NCBI RefSeq assembly: GCF_001194135.2
Contig: NC_068983.1
Span: 95,328,690 to 95,362,742 of the forward strand
Length of the DNA: 34,053 bases
Direction: 5' to 3'
Origin: Octopus bimaculoides
Lineage: Eukaryota
Shown in pieces: positions 21,421 through 34,053 of the stretch. The notes under the pieces are model-generated. The model was given only the letters and a program-made list of their open reading frames with translations. It was not told the origin of the DNA and ran no database searches. Numbering within the stretch: position 1 is the stretch's first letter; the number at the start of each line of letters is the position of its first letter. The translations under genes were made by a program, and so were the position numbers.

Positions 21421-21760
21421 CCAAATTAAAAGAAGAGTGCCATTTGTTATCTAGTGAACAATATTTCGATATCTCGCGTGTCTTCAACTGGCTTGGACTC
21501 ATTGTGTTCATGTACACATCTCTATACACACATGCACATACATACGCGGATATACAAAACCTTGCATATGCATATATATGTATAAATATATGCACACACA
21601 CATACGTATAAATACGTAGTCAACATCATCGTCGCATAGATACATAGACGTTTATACAAATAAAAACACATACGCAAAAACATAAACCGTAAACACATTC
21701 GCCGCAAAACTTGAATATACATATGAGTTATGTATGTATATGTGTGCATGTTTACATGTG

Positions 21761-21810
<50 letters not shown>

Positions 21811-21982
21811 TGTGTATGAATATGTATATATATATATATATATATATACACATGTGTGTGTGCATACGTGTATGTATATGTGTGTACATGTGTGCCTATG
21901 CAGATTCAATGAACAAAGTTTTACTTTCTCCACGCCTATTTGAATAACTTGCCTTTATTCAACGGTTTTTTTCATAGCGTTT

Positions 21983-22057
21983 TTGTCTTAATAACTGATG
22001 AGATGCTGGAACAGGCTTCAGCCCCGACATCTGAAACTCTGAGTTTTATTATGACAA
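21983..22057 (+). ncRNA. Type-I hammerhead ribozyme, slightly degenerate
   Basis: ttgtcttaataa-CTGATGA-GATG...CATC-t-GAAA-CTCTGAG-T-T-ttattatgacaa. Helix I pairs 11 of 12 bp, helix II GATG/CATC, near-palindromic helix III ACTC-T-GAGT, triplet GUU. One extra T lies before GAAA. Confidence 0.65.
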
Positions 22058-22368
22058 CTAACTGATTGTCCTATATTATATTTATAGATGAATTCCTCTA
22101 TTTACATAATATCGAGGTCTCATTCATTCTTTTGTTGTGATCATTTGTAGCATACGAATTAAGAATTTACATTCTCCCCTCAAGACCCCAAGTTCAGCTA
22201 TACTATGCTCCAGACAAGTTGGTATGTATCCTGTTGCTCCAATAATAAGAAGTATGAAGGTGAAAGTACATCTTGGGTACTGGATTTGCAAGCTCCTTAT
22301 CAATGGTCCATAAATGTCCTCTTTTACTTGTACTTTTCTAACCACATTCGTTTCTAGAGGGCAGCTGA

Positions 22369-22423
<55 letters not shown>

Positions 22424-23157
22424 NNNNNNNNNNNNNNNNNNNNNNNNNNNNNNNNNNNNNNNNNNNNNNNNNNNNNNNNNNNNNNNNNNNNNNNNNNNNN
22501 NNNNNNNNNNNNNNNNNNNNNNNNNNNNNNNNNNNNNNNNNNNNNNNNNNNNNNNNNNNNNNNNNNNNNNNNNNNNNNNNNNNNNNNNNNNNNNNNNNNN
22601 NNNNNNNNNNNNNNNNNNNNNNNNNNNNNNNNNNNNNNNNNNNNNNNNNNNNNNNNNNNNNNNNNNNNNNNNNNNNNNNNNNNNNNNNNNNNNNNNNNNN
22701 NNNNNNNNNNNNNNNNNNNNNNNNNNNNNNNNNNNNNNNNNNNNNNNNNNNNNNNNNNNNNNNNNNNNNNNNNNNNNNNNNNNNNNNNNNNNNNNNNNNN
22801 NNNNNNNNNNNNNNNNNNNNNNNNNNNNNNNNNNNNNNNNNNNNNNNNNNNNNNNNNNNNNNNNNNNNNNNNNNNNNNNNNNNNNNNNNNNNNNNNNNNN
22901 NNNNNNNNNNNNNNNNNNNNNNNNNNNNNNNNNNNNNNNNNNNNNNNNNNNNNNNNNNNNNNNNNNNNNNNNNNNNNNNNNNNNNNNNNNNNNNNNNNNN
23001 NNNNNNNNNNNNNNNNNNNNNNNNNNNNNNNNNNNNNNNNNNNNNNNNNNNNNNNNNNNNNNNNNNNNNNNNNNNNNNNNNNNNNNNNNNNNNNNNNNNN
23101 NNNNNNNNNNNNNNNNNNNNNNNNNNNNNNNNNNNNNNNNNNNNNNNNNNNNNNNNN

Positions 23158-23213
<56 letters not shown>

Positions 23214-23972
23214 CACACACATATTAGGCGAGGAAAGGGCGTTGACAAGAACTAATGGGTTGATTAGCCATCTAATTAAGCAATCGATCGATTAGTTAAC
23301 TGATTAAATAACAAACCAATTGACTAATAAAAAAAGGAGTGAAATTTAACTAGTGCTTGTGTTTATTATTGGCGTAATGACCCCCACCCCAACCCCATCC
23401 AAGATAAAATCAAAATTTGTTTCAACACACGAGTTCATATCAAGAATCTTGCGAAATACAAAAACGAAATATTTATAAATACACATACAGAGAAAGACAG
23501 AAAGGCAGAAACAGAGACAGAATCAAGTATGCAGATTTAGGAGGAATTTAGAAGACAGTTATAAAATCTGCCAACGCGTAAAATATTCATTGATATCAAA
23601 GTGTTAAATGAACGCTGAACTGTCTTTCGTTTTTGTTTTAAACATGTCCCATAGGGTAGAGATGGCCATTCGAATATGACCCTATCGAGTTATATGTCAT
23701 CTGCTGTCAACAAATAAAATTTGATTTCATTATTATAGTAAACTGTGTGAAACACACGAGTCAGTTCGTACATCTGCACCCAAAAGCATCACGAGTGTGA
23801 CGAGGGAGCAGTGTTTAAATTTATTTTGCAACTAATAACTGTGCATGTGAATGTGTGTACATGGAAGTGTTCATACTTAGAGTCATACACTGGCACACGC
23901 ATATTACAAATATACATGGTGTGTGTGTGTGTGTGTGTGTGTGCGTGTGTGTGTGTGTATGTGTGTGTGTGT

Positions 23973-24017
<45 letters not shown>

Positions 24018-24283
24018 NNNNNNNNNNNNNNNNNNNNNNNNNNNNNNNNNNNNNNNNNNNNNNNNNNNNNNNNNNNNNNNNNNNNNNNNNNNNNNNNNNN
24101 NNNNNNNNNNNNNNNNNNNNNNNNNNNNNNNNNNNNNNNNNNNNNNNNNNNNNNNNNNNNNNNNNNNNNNNNNNNNNNNNNNNNNNNNNNNNNNNNNNNN
24201 NNNNNNNNNNNNNNNNNNNNNNNNNNNNNNNNNNNNNNNNNNNNNNNNNNNNNNNNNNNNNNNNNNNNNNNNNNNNNNNNNNN

Positions 24284-24338
<55 letters not shown>

Positions 24339-24550
24339 ATAGGACAATCAGTTTGTTGTCATAATAAAACTGAGAGTCTGGGACTATAAAAAATTTCAAG
24401 ACCTTCAGATTTAAAAGATGCTGCTTAAAAGATGATACTTTCCTTCACAACCTTACTACCAAAATCGGTGACCGATCAAAATTTAATCTAAAATTAAGAA
24501 GAGAAAGAGAAGAACATACATACATGTACACACATATACATATAGGCATT

Positions 24551-24965
24551 GGCATGTATGTGAGGTTCTAAAGTTCGTTTGGCAATCACGTGGTTCCAGC
24601 CTCGGCCCAGTTGCACGGCATATTGGGAAAGTGTTTTGTCTTCTAGTCCCTGAATGGCCAATGCCATGTCAGCGAAATCTATGAGTGAAATTGTGTGAAA
24701 CCACTCTTATATATACGTGTATATGTATGTGTGTGTATTTGTGTGTGTGTGTGCGTGCATGTGTCAGTGTGTTTGTGCACTTAGAGCTTTTGTTTGTCCC
24801 CACCGTTTGACAACCAAGGTAGGTTTATTTACGTGCCCATAACTTAACGGCTTACAAAATAGAGAACGACAGAATATGCACCAGATTTACAAATAAGTAT
24901 TGTGGTCAATTTGTTCGTCTAAGCAGTTTTAGGCAGCGCCCAAGGATGGCCGAAGCTCAATAACT
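24551..24965 (+). mobile_element. SINE family A, old decayed copy
   Basis: caatcacgtggttcc...gggaaagtgtttt...internal microsatellite...aacttaacggctt...ggcagcgcccaaggatggccgaag. Confidence 0.7.
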
Positions 24966-25137
24966 AAAAATGTAAAATCTTAAATATACATGTGCATAAT
25001 ATATATGTGCGTGTGTATATGTATATATTATGTTCGCTTTATGCATGTGTATAAACACACACACACAGATACACACACTCACAGATACACATGCATAGCT
25101 ATGTGTAGGTGTGAGAGAGAAAAGTTTGAAAGAAAGA

Positions 25138-25178
<41 letters not shown>

Positions 25179-25504
25179 AGAAAGAAAGATAAGGGGGAGG
25201 GAGCGATGACATCTAAATGTAGTTCCTGTCAATTATGACAACTGCTGCAGTCTGTTGTAATTCTACGACCGTACTGTACTCAACGCCCTCAAATAGAGTA
25301 GTCTCTAGTTGTCATATTATTTTGGTATTAGTAACAGTCACTGACTTACTTATACACTCTCCCTCATAACATTTCGGTCTCCCTCACTCTCTCTTACTCT
25401 CCCCACTTCAATTTTTTTCTCTTTCTTTTTCTCGCTTTCTCTTTCTCACGCACACGCACACATACTTACACAAATACACACGCAACTCTCACCTACTCAT
25501 TAAT

Positions 25505-25800
25505 ATGCACAGACACACATACACACACATAATACGTACATACATACATACATACACACATGCATACATACAAACACATATATACATACATATATACATG
25601 CATACATACACACATACACGTACATACATACATACATACATACACACATGCATACATACAAACACATATATATACATACATATATACATGCATACATACA
25701 AACATACACGTACATACATACATACATACATGCATACATACATACATACATACATACATACATACATACATACATACATACATGCATGCATACGTACGTA
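25505..25800. repeat. (CATA)n-derived tract with an approximately 87-bp higher-order duplication
   Basis: Unit cgtacatacatacatacatacacacatgcatacatacaaacacatatatacatacatatatacatgcatacataca(c/a)acataca recurs about 2.3 times (about 25534-25740). Confidence 0.75.
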
Positions 25801-26535
25801 CGTTACAAACACACGCATAGGCTTCCGCACAGGTTCCGTTAACAAATTTCACTCCCAAAGCATTGGTCAGCTTAAAGCAACTATGGTAAAATATAGTTGA
25901 CTAACATGGAACAATGCAAGCTAAACCCAACCCATGTAATTGATAATAAGAGAGATGGAGGTGTCGGTTGTCCGCAGAAGCAGGCGTGAAGGGCTGCAAA
26001 AGTAAAATTTACTCTTCTTCCAGAGACTGAGAACGCTTGCTACGTATGCCACTTCTTAAACATACGGCCACGCGTGCACACACACACACACACACACACA
26101 CATGCACAAACGTACACACACACAAACATACACACTCACAAATGCATGCATATAGGCATATACACATGCATAAACACATTTACATGCACACTCACACGTA
26201 CACACATACATACATGTACACACACATACACCTTCCCACACATACATTATATGTATGTATGAATGTTTATTTTTGAGTGTACACACGTACGTATTTACAC
26301 ATACATATATACACACAAATACATGTGCACGCACACACATACACACACACATACACACACGCACACAAATAAATTGCATTTATGTGCATGTATGCGTGCG
26401 TGTGTGTGAATATAACACATTACCATTTTTGGTTTCTATTTTAATTTAATTTTATATTTTATCTTTAGTTCCTGGGAAAAATTTTCATTTCGTTTCAATT
26501 TCAACTTTAAAAATAGAATAACAACAAAACGAAAA

Positions 26536-26590
<55 letters not shown>

Positions 26591-26952
26591 TATTTATTAA
26601 GAGAGAAACAGACGTAAGAAATAAAACCTTAATCAAAGCGCAACAATAACTCCTCCCACTTCACTCCAACTCACACTATTCCCACCTCTTCTAACCCCTG
26701 TTGACTCCAACCTAACCTCTCTGCCTCGTCACATCTGTCTTTGAAACTTTCCCACAGTTTTACGATGACAATGTCTTTGTCTAAACGGGCAGTATTGCTG
26801 GTTGTACTTTGAGCCATTTCTAAACAGTTCACAGATCACCGCGAATGAATGCCTGGTGCTGTTAAAATGTTGCAGACAACCTGCACCCAATGCCAGATGT
26901 TATTCGTTTATTTATATTTATGATTGTTTCTTTTTATTCAATTTTAAATGTA

Positions 26953-27190
26953 AGGCGCAGGCGTAACCATGTGGTAAGAACTTTGTTCACAACCACATGG
27001 TTCCGGGTTTAATGCAATTGCGTGGCACTTCGGGCAAGTGTCTTTTACTACAGCCTCGAGCTGAACAAATCCTTGTCAGTGGATTTGATAGACGGAAACT
27101 GAAAGAAGCCCGTAGTATAAATATATACATGTATGTGTGTGTGTGTTTGAGCGATCTTTATGTCTGTGTCTGACCACATCATCGCTTAAG
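26953..27190 (+). mobile_element. SINE family A, 5' part
   Basis: ggcgcaggcgtaaccatgtggtaagaac...ccacatggttccggg...gtggcacttcgggcaagtgtc...gacggaaactgaaagaagcccg. Confidence 0.85.
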
Positions 27191-27199
27191 ACCTCAACG

Positions 27200-27700
27200 G
27201 AATCTTACAAGCCCTGGGTACAAAGAAAAATCACTTGCCAGGGTATAAATTTCTATTAGTTCTCCAAAGAATTTCATCTATTCTAAAATTTAATGGAGAC
27301 ATTCACCATTACTGATAGCTAACCTCTATAGCAGTAGGTCAGCTACACAGTGATAGTGAATCTACTCATCCAACATAATAATATCAGATTTATTGTATTT
27401 GCACCGGATTTTCAGTTTTTATTGGAATATTCAAGGAATATTCCTCATTTGGATACATTTTGGTTCTGGTATGCCTTTGGAATGGCCATGAAATCAAACC
27501 TTGCAGACAGCGTTGTAAATTGTTTTAGCAACAATATACCTCATGAGGATTTCGTACTTTGCAGGTATTTTTGGACAGTTGCTAAAGAAGTGATAACTAT
27601 CACACTCACACAATGGATATTCATTTTGCTTAGGGGCATCCTTATCTTATTGATGAAGTATTTAGAATCTCCTGTACCTTAGCAACAAAGGCGCACCTTT
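27200..27700 (-). mobile_element. Old RLE-LINE remnant (CCHC knuckle + restriction-like endonuclease), distinct subfamily
   Basis: Minus strand, multiple stops and frameshifts: PLCECDSYHFFSNCPKIPAKYEILMRYIVAKTIYNAVC..EEYSLNIPIKTENPV..NKSDIIML..FGELI. Confidence 0.65.
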
Positions 27701-28125
27701 CTAGGTGAGATGTGATGCGTCTACTACAATTCTAAGGCTACTTTTTAATGCCAATGTTTTTAGTGTAGCGTACATACATACGTTTGTACGTACGTTCGTA
27801 CGTACGTACGTACGTATGTATGTATGTATGTATGTATGTATGTTTATGAATGTTTGTGTGCATGGGTATGAATGTATGTGTGTAAGTATATGTATGTAAT
27901 GATATCATTTAACACTTAGAAAATCGAACTACACTTATGCATCACTAATTTCTTTGGATCTTTAGGTTTTAAGCAAACTTGAGTTGTTTTTAAAAAAAAA
28001 ATTTTTACAAGTTCTAATATATTTTTAATTCTCACTCTTCTCAGATGGGGAGCACGCAGCCAGCCATAATGTTTTCATCTTTGGATTGTTGTCTCAAAAA
28101 ATTTTGTTACAGAGTTCTATTTTAA

Positions 28126-28187
<62 letters not shown>

Positions 28188-28189
28188 AT

Positions 28190-29629
<1,440 letters not shown>

Positions 29630-29634
29630 TGATG

Positions 29635-29774
<140 letters not shown>

Positions 29775-29799
29775 TATTATTATTATTATTATTATAATA

Positions 29800-30198
29800 T
29801 CAAAGGCAGGGAAGAAAATATTTGTGGACTAATGTAAGCGTTCTCATTGATAGAAATATATCTGTAAAGGAATTTGATAAATTAAGTAAATATAAGGACC
29901 TGGAAACTGAAATACATCTTAAAGCGAGATGTCAGAAACATATAGGTAACATCCCGGGAGATCCATGTCTCAGAGAAATCCAAAAGATTGTGCTGGTAAG
30001 TACTGCTCACATCCTTAGAAAAACCCTATCAATTTAAATGTCTGTGTTGTATTCTATGATGATATTTTGCTAGTATCCCTGCCACTTGCCATCTCTAAGC
30101 TTTTAGTCATACTGTAATATCTCTTATCCTTCATCGCCCTAATAAATTTGGGTGTGTCTAGGCAAGTGATTGTAACAAACACGCAGATTAAAAGTAAA
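29800..30198 (+). mobile_element. 5'-truncated R4/Dong-type LINE 3' end (same subfamily as 33195-33830), with two small internal deletions
   Basis: ..VSVLIDRNISVKEFDKLSKYKDLE..IPGDPCLREIQKIVLVSTAHILRKTLSI* plus a 3'UTR ending gcagattaaaagtaaata, as at 33813-33830. Confidence 0.9.
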
Positions 30199-30281
<83 letters not shown>

Positions 30282-30290
30282 ATAATAATA

Positions 30291-30341
30291 ATAATAATAA
30301 TAATCAACACCCACATTCTGGGTGTTGATTATTATTATTAT
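30291..30341. repeat. Perfect 22-bp inverted repeat with 7-nt loop
   Basis: ataataataataatcaacaccc-acattct-gggtgttgattattattattat. Confidence 0.95.
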
Positions 30342-33028
30342 AAGAAAAAAGAAATATAATGGGAGTGAAAAAAGAAAAGATCCATGGTGGAAAAGAAGAA
30401 TACAGGTAGGGTTAGATATATTCTCGAAGAACATTTCTGTGTTAGACCGAAAAGAGAAAGGGGAGCTTAAAAGCGAACAAAAATACAGGGTACTGGACAG
30501 GAAGTATGATATTGAAAGAAAGGACCTGAAAGTGGCAATGCAGTAACTGAAACAGCGCCTCGTTACAAAGAAAGCAAAGATGGTAAGATACAAACAAAGA
30601 ATGAAGAGGTACCAGCGGAATATGTTACTCAGAGTAGATCAGAAGAGATTCTACAAAGAAATAAATGGAGAATGTACAGATGAAAAGTTGATACCAGATA
30701 ACATTGAAGTTAAAGGTTTTGAAATGACACCTGGAGCAAAGACAAGGGGTACAAGAAGGATGCTGAATGGTTGCAAGAACTGAAACAAACAGTAGTGTGT
30801 CCAAAACAGGCAGAACTAGTCATTTCAGTTAGAGAAGTGAAGGAAATCAGCCAAAAGAAAAAAAAAAAATGGGCAACTGGAAGGCTCCGGGACCTGATGG
30901 AGTTCAAAGCTCCTGGATAAAAAGATTTGGTGAATGTCATGCACGAATAGCTTCACAACTCAACACCTTGTTAAATGCCGACCAAGTAACACGAGAGTGG
31001 TTGACATTGGGTAGGTCAATGCTGTGCTTGAAAAACATCGAAAAATGCAATCCGGTAAACAATTAGAGATCGGCGGGGGNNNNNNNNNNNNNNNNNNNNN
31101 NNNNNNNNNNNNNNNNNNNNNNNNNNNNNNNNNNNNNNNNNNNNNNNNNNNNNNNNNNNNNNNNNNNNNNNNNNNNNNNNNNNNNNNNNNNNNNNNNNNN
31201 NNNNNNNNNNNNNNNNNNNNNNNNNNNNNNNNNNNNNNNNNNNNNNNNNNNNNNNNNNNNNNNNNNNGGCGAAATGCTTAGTAGTATTTTGTCTGCCGTT
31301 ACATTCTGAGTTCAAATTCCGCCGAGGTCGACTTTGCCTTTCATCCTTTCGGGGTCGATTAAATAAGTACCAGTTAAGGACTGGGGTCGATGTAATCGAC
31401 TTAATCTGTTTGTCCCCTCTGTGTTTAGCCCCCTGTGGGCAATAAAGACATAAATTAGAGATCGATACCCTGTTTCCCACTTCTGTGGAAATTATTGACT
31501 GGAATAATCGCTGTCAATGTACGGAGATCTTGAAAAAAATGGAGTCCTTCCACATGAGCAGAAGGGTTTCAAGTGTAAGTGCAGAGGTACCAAGAATCAA
31601 TTCCTGTTATACAAAACTGTACTTATAGACTGCAAGAGGAGGAAAACTAACTTAGCTATGTCATGGATCAATTATCATAGGGCATACGATATGATACCAC
31701 ATTCTTGGATTATGGAGTGAATGAACCTATTTGGTATTGCATCGAATGTTGAGCGATTACTTGGAAAAAGTATGGTGAAGTGGAAGACGGACTTGACAGC
31801 ATGTGGAAGAAGTTTAGGGACAATAGAAATCAGGAGAGGCATCTTCCAAGGGGACTGACTGTCCCCACTGATTATTGTACTGTGCCTGATACCACTTACA
31901 CTGATTCTGAGGAAAGCAAAGGATGGGTATGTATTCAAGAGCCGCCAACAAAAAGTCAACCATTTATTTTTCATGGATGACCTCAAACTTTATGGTAAAG
32001 ATGAATCCCATGTCAGTTCCCTCGTTGATACGGTGTATATTTTCAATGCCGATATCAGAATGGATTTCGGGCTGAAAAAGTGTGGTGTGTTAGTCTTGAA
32101 GAGAGGCAAAATCAAATGAATGGAGGGCTAGTGATACTGTCGAGGAATGTTATGAAGCAGATAGAAGAGACGGCTATAAGTACTTGGGGATATTGGAGAT
32201 GGATAAATTGACGGAGAAAGAAATGACAGAAAAATTTAAGGTGGAGTACTTGCGCAGACTGAGACTGATCTTTAAGTCGAAATTAAACTGACTGAATAAG
32301 ATTGACGCTATCAACACCTGGGCGTTTTCACTCTTTAGATATGGAACAGGGGCAATCGCATGGACAGTAGACGAACTAAATAGCTTAGACAGAATGACAA
32401 GGAGGTTGCTAACTAGATATGGGATACTCCACCCAAAAAGTGACACAGACAGACTGCATGTAACAAGAAAGAGAGGGGAAAGAAAACTGATTAGATGCGA
32501 ACACAGCATTAGAACAGAACAAAACAAACATAGCAATGTAAATAACAAATGCCACAGAAGCACTATTATTGGAAGTAAGAATGTCAAGCTTGTGTAGGAT
32601 GGAAGATTGCAATGATAAAGCACTGTACAAGCACTTGAGAATGAATGAAACTGAAAATAGGTGGATAAAGAAAAGAATGCATGGACAATTTCATAGGGTG
32701 CTGAAGATAAGACAGACAGAGAAAAGAGATGGCTATGGATGACTAAAAGTGATTTAAAACCGGAAACGGTGGTTCTAATCTGTGCTGCCCAAGAGTAAGC
32801 ATTAAGAACCAATTACATCAAATACAGAATAGACAGCACATCAGAAAGTGATAATTGCAGAATTTGTGGACAAAATGGTGAAACAGTATGGTACATTACT
32901 AATCAATGTATGCCACTAGCCCAGAAAGAATATAAGAGACGTTATGACAATATAACAAGGATAGTCCATTGGACACTTTGCAACAAGTATGGACTTGACA
33001 GAACAAAAAAGCTGTGCAAAGACAATAA
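30342..33028 (+). mobile_element. Large decayed R4/Dong-type LINE: pre-RT region, RT, CCHC knuckle; RLE domain deleted
   Basis: [96 protein letters not shown]. Many stops and frameshifts. Ends at the family 3' terminus aagctgtgcaaagacaataa. Confidence 0.95.
31072..31452 (+). mobile_element. SINE family B inserted in the LINE RT with an 11-12 bp target-site duplication
   Basis: TSD aattagagatc(g) at 31061-31071 and 31453-31463; removing the insert restores [20 protein letters not shown]. Contains N gap 31080-31267. Confidence 0.93.
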
Positions 33029-33123
<95 letters not shown>

Positions 33124-33164
33124 GCAAGAAGAAGAAGAAGAAGAAGAAGAAGAAGAAGAAGAAG

Positions 33165-33194
<30 letters not shown>
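33029..33194. repeat. (CTA)n-(AAT)n-(AAG)n compound trinucleotide microsatellite
   Basis: Direct inspection. Confidence 0.97.
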
Positions 33195-33196
<2 letters not shown>

Positions 33197-33830
33197 TGAG
33201 TAGGACAGTATTTACATTGGAAAATATGTAAACACTACAAAATCAGCACATCTGCTTACTGGTATGAACATCATCTTGAGTCAGTCATTGAAGGTAAAAA
33301 TGTCACTATCCTCTGAGATCTTCCTGTCAACACCAACAGACCTATCCAGGCTAATCGACCAGACATAATTATTAAAGACAGGGAAGAAAATACTTGTATA
33401 CTAATAGATACAAGTGTTCTCACTGATAAAAATATAGCTGTACAGGAATTTGACAGATTAAATAAATAAAGGACCTGGAAATTGAAATGCAAAAGATGTG
33501 GTATCTTAAAGCGAGAACTGTTCCTGTTATTATAAGTGCCCTTGGTATGATAAGAAAGGGATGTCAGAAACATCTAGATGATATCCCAGGAGAACCATGT
33601 CTCAGAGAAATCCAAAAGATTACGCTGACAAGTACTGCCCACATCCTATGAAAAACCCTATCAGTTTCAATGTCTGTGTTGTATTACATGAAAATATTTC
33701 ACTATTGCCCCTGCCACTTACACTCCCCAAACTTTCAGTCATATTGTAACATCTCTTATCCTTCACTCGCCTTAGGACGCTGGGTGTGTCTCGGCGAGTG
33801 ATTGTAATATACATGCAGATTAAAAGTAAA
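33195..33830 (+). mobile_element. 5'-truncated R4/Dong-type LINE (RLE domain + 3'UTR + (AAT)n tail)
   Basis: RVGQYLHWKICKHYKISTSAYWYEHHLESVIEGKNVTIL*DLPVNTNRPIQANRPDIIIKDREENTCILIDTSV..REIQKITLTSTAHIL; carries the RPD..D motif of RLE. Confidence 0.92.
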
Positions 33831-33864
<34 letters not shown>

Positions 33865-33941
33865 TAAAAAAAAAGGATTGACGTAACTCTTCACGAAGGT
33901 AAATAGTCAAGACGAAGAGTGCGATTTTAGATGTTTTATTT

Positions 33942-33986
33942 TTTGAACAACATTTCGACAGAACGTCTGTCTTTCTCAAGTTCAAA
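33942..33986 (-). ncRNA. Minimal type-I hammerhead ribozyme, U3-A8 variant
   Basis: TTTGAAC-TTGAGAA-A-GACAGA-cgt-TCTGTC-GAAA-TG-T-T-GTTCAAA: perfect 7-bp helix I, perfect 6-bp helix II, loopless helix III (A-U, U.G; probably ACGT decayed at CpG), triplet GUU. Confidence 0.75.
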
Positions 33987-34053
33987 CCAAAAGGTGATTG
34001 AAAATTCAAAATTTCAGAAACCAAACGTAAACTATGAACGTGAGTAAACAGCG

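Noticed and set aside
21455-21512. Minus-strand tgaac...GAAA-TATT-gttca resembling the 33942 hammerhead
   Set aside because: The 5' core reads ACAATGA (3 mismatches) and no helix II forms.
23640-23715. Short open frames on either strand (MTYNSIGSYSNGHLYPMGHV*, GRDGHSNMTLSSYMSSAVNK*)
   Set aside because: About 20 codons, splice phases do not fit neighbouring candidate exons, no motif.

Overview
AT-rich, gapped draft animal genomic DNA, saturated with di-, tri- and tetranucleotide microsatellites and transposon debris. The SINE and LINE repertoire looks like an octopod cephalopod (inference). No intact protein-coding gene can be supported; almost all ORF-track entries are microsatellite or N-gap artefacts. 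Solid features: one intact tRNA-Asp(GTC) gene (minus strand, 16333-16404); many tRNA-derived SINEs of at least 3 families; a cluster of decayed R4/Dong-type (RT + CCHC + restriction-like endonuclease) LINEs at 27.2-33.8 kb and 20.7-21.3 kb, mostly bounded by (TAA)n; L1/Tx1-like ORF1 remnants; two clear and one weak Penelope-like GIY-YIG remnant; an RTE remnant; two TTAA-flanked MITEs. The most interesting signal is RNA structure. At 7315-7377 (minus) there is a hammerhead ribozyme with an intact catalytic core whose three strands are in reversed, non-circularly permuted order. Several minimal type-I hammerheads also occur (33942-33986, 21983-22057, 15992-16032), two of them with the compensatory U3-A8 core.
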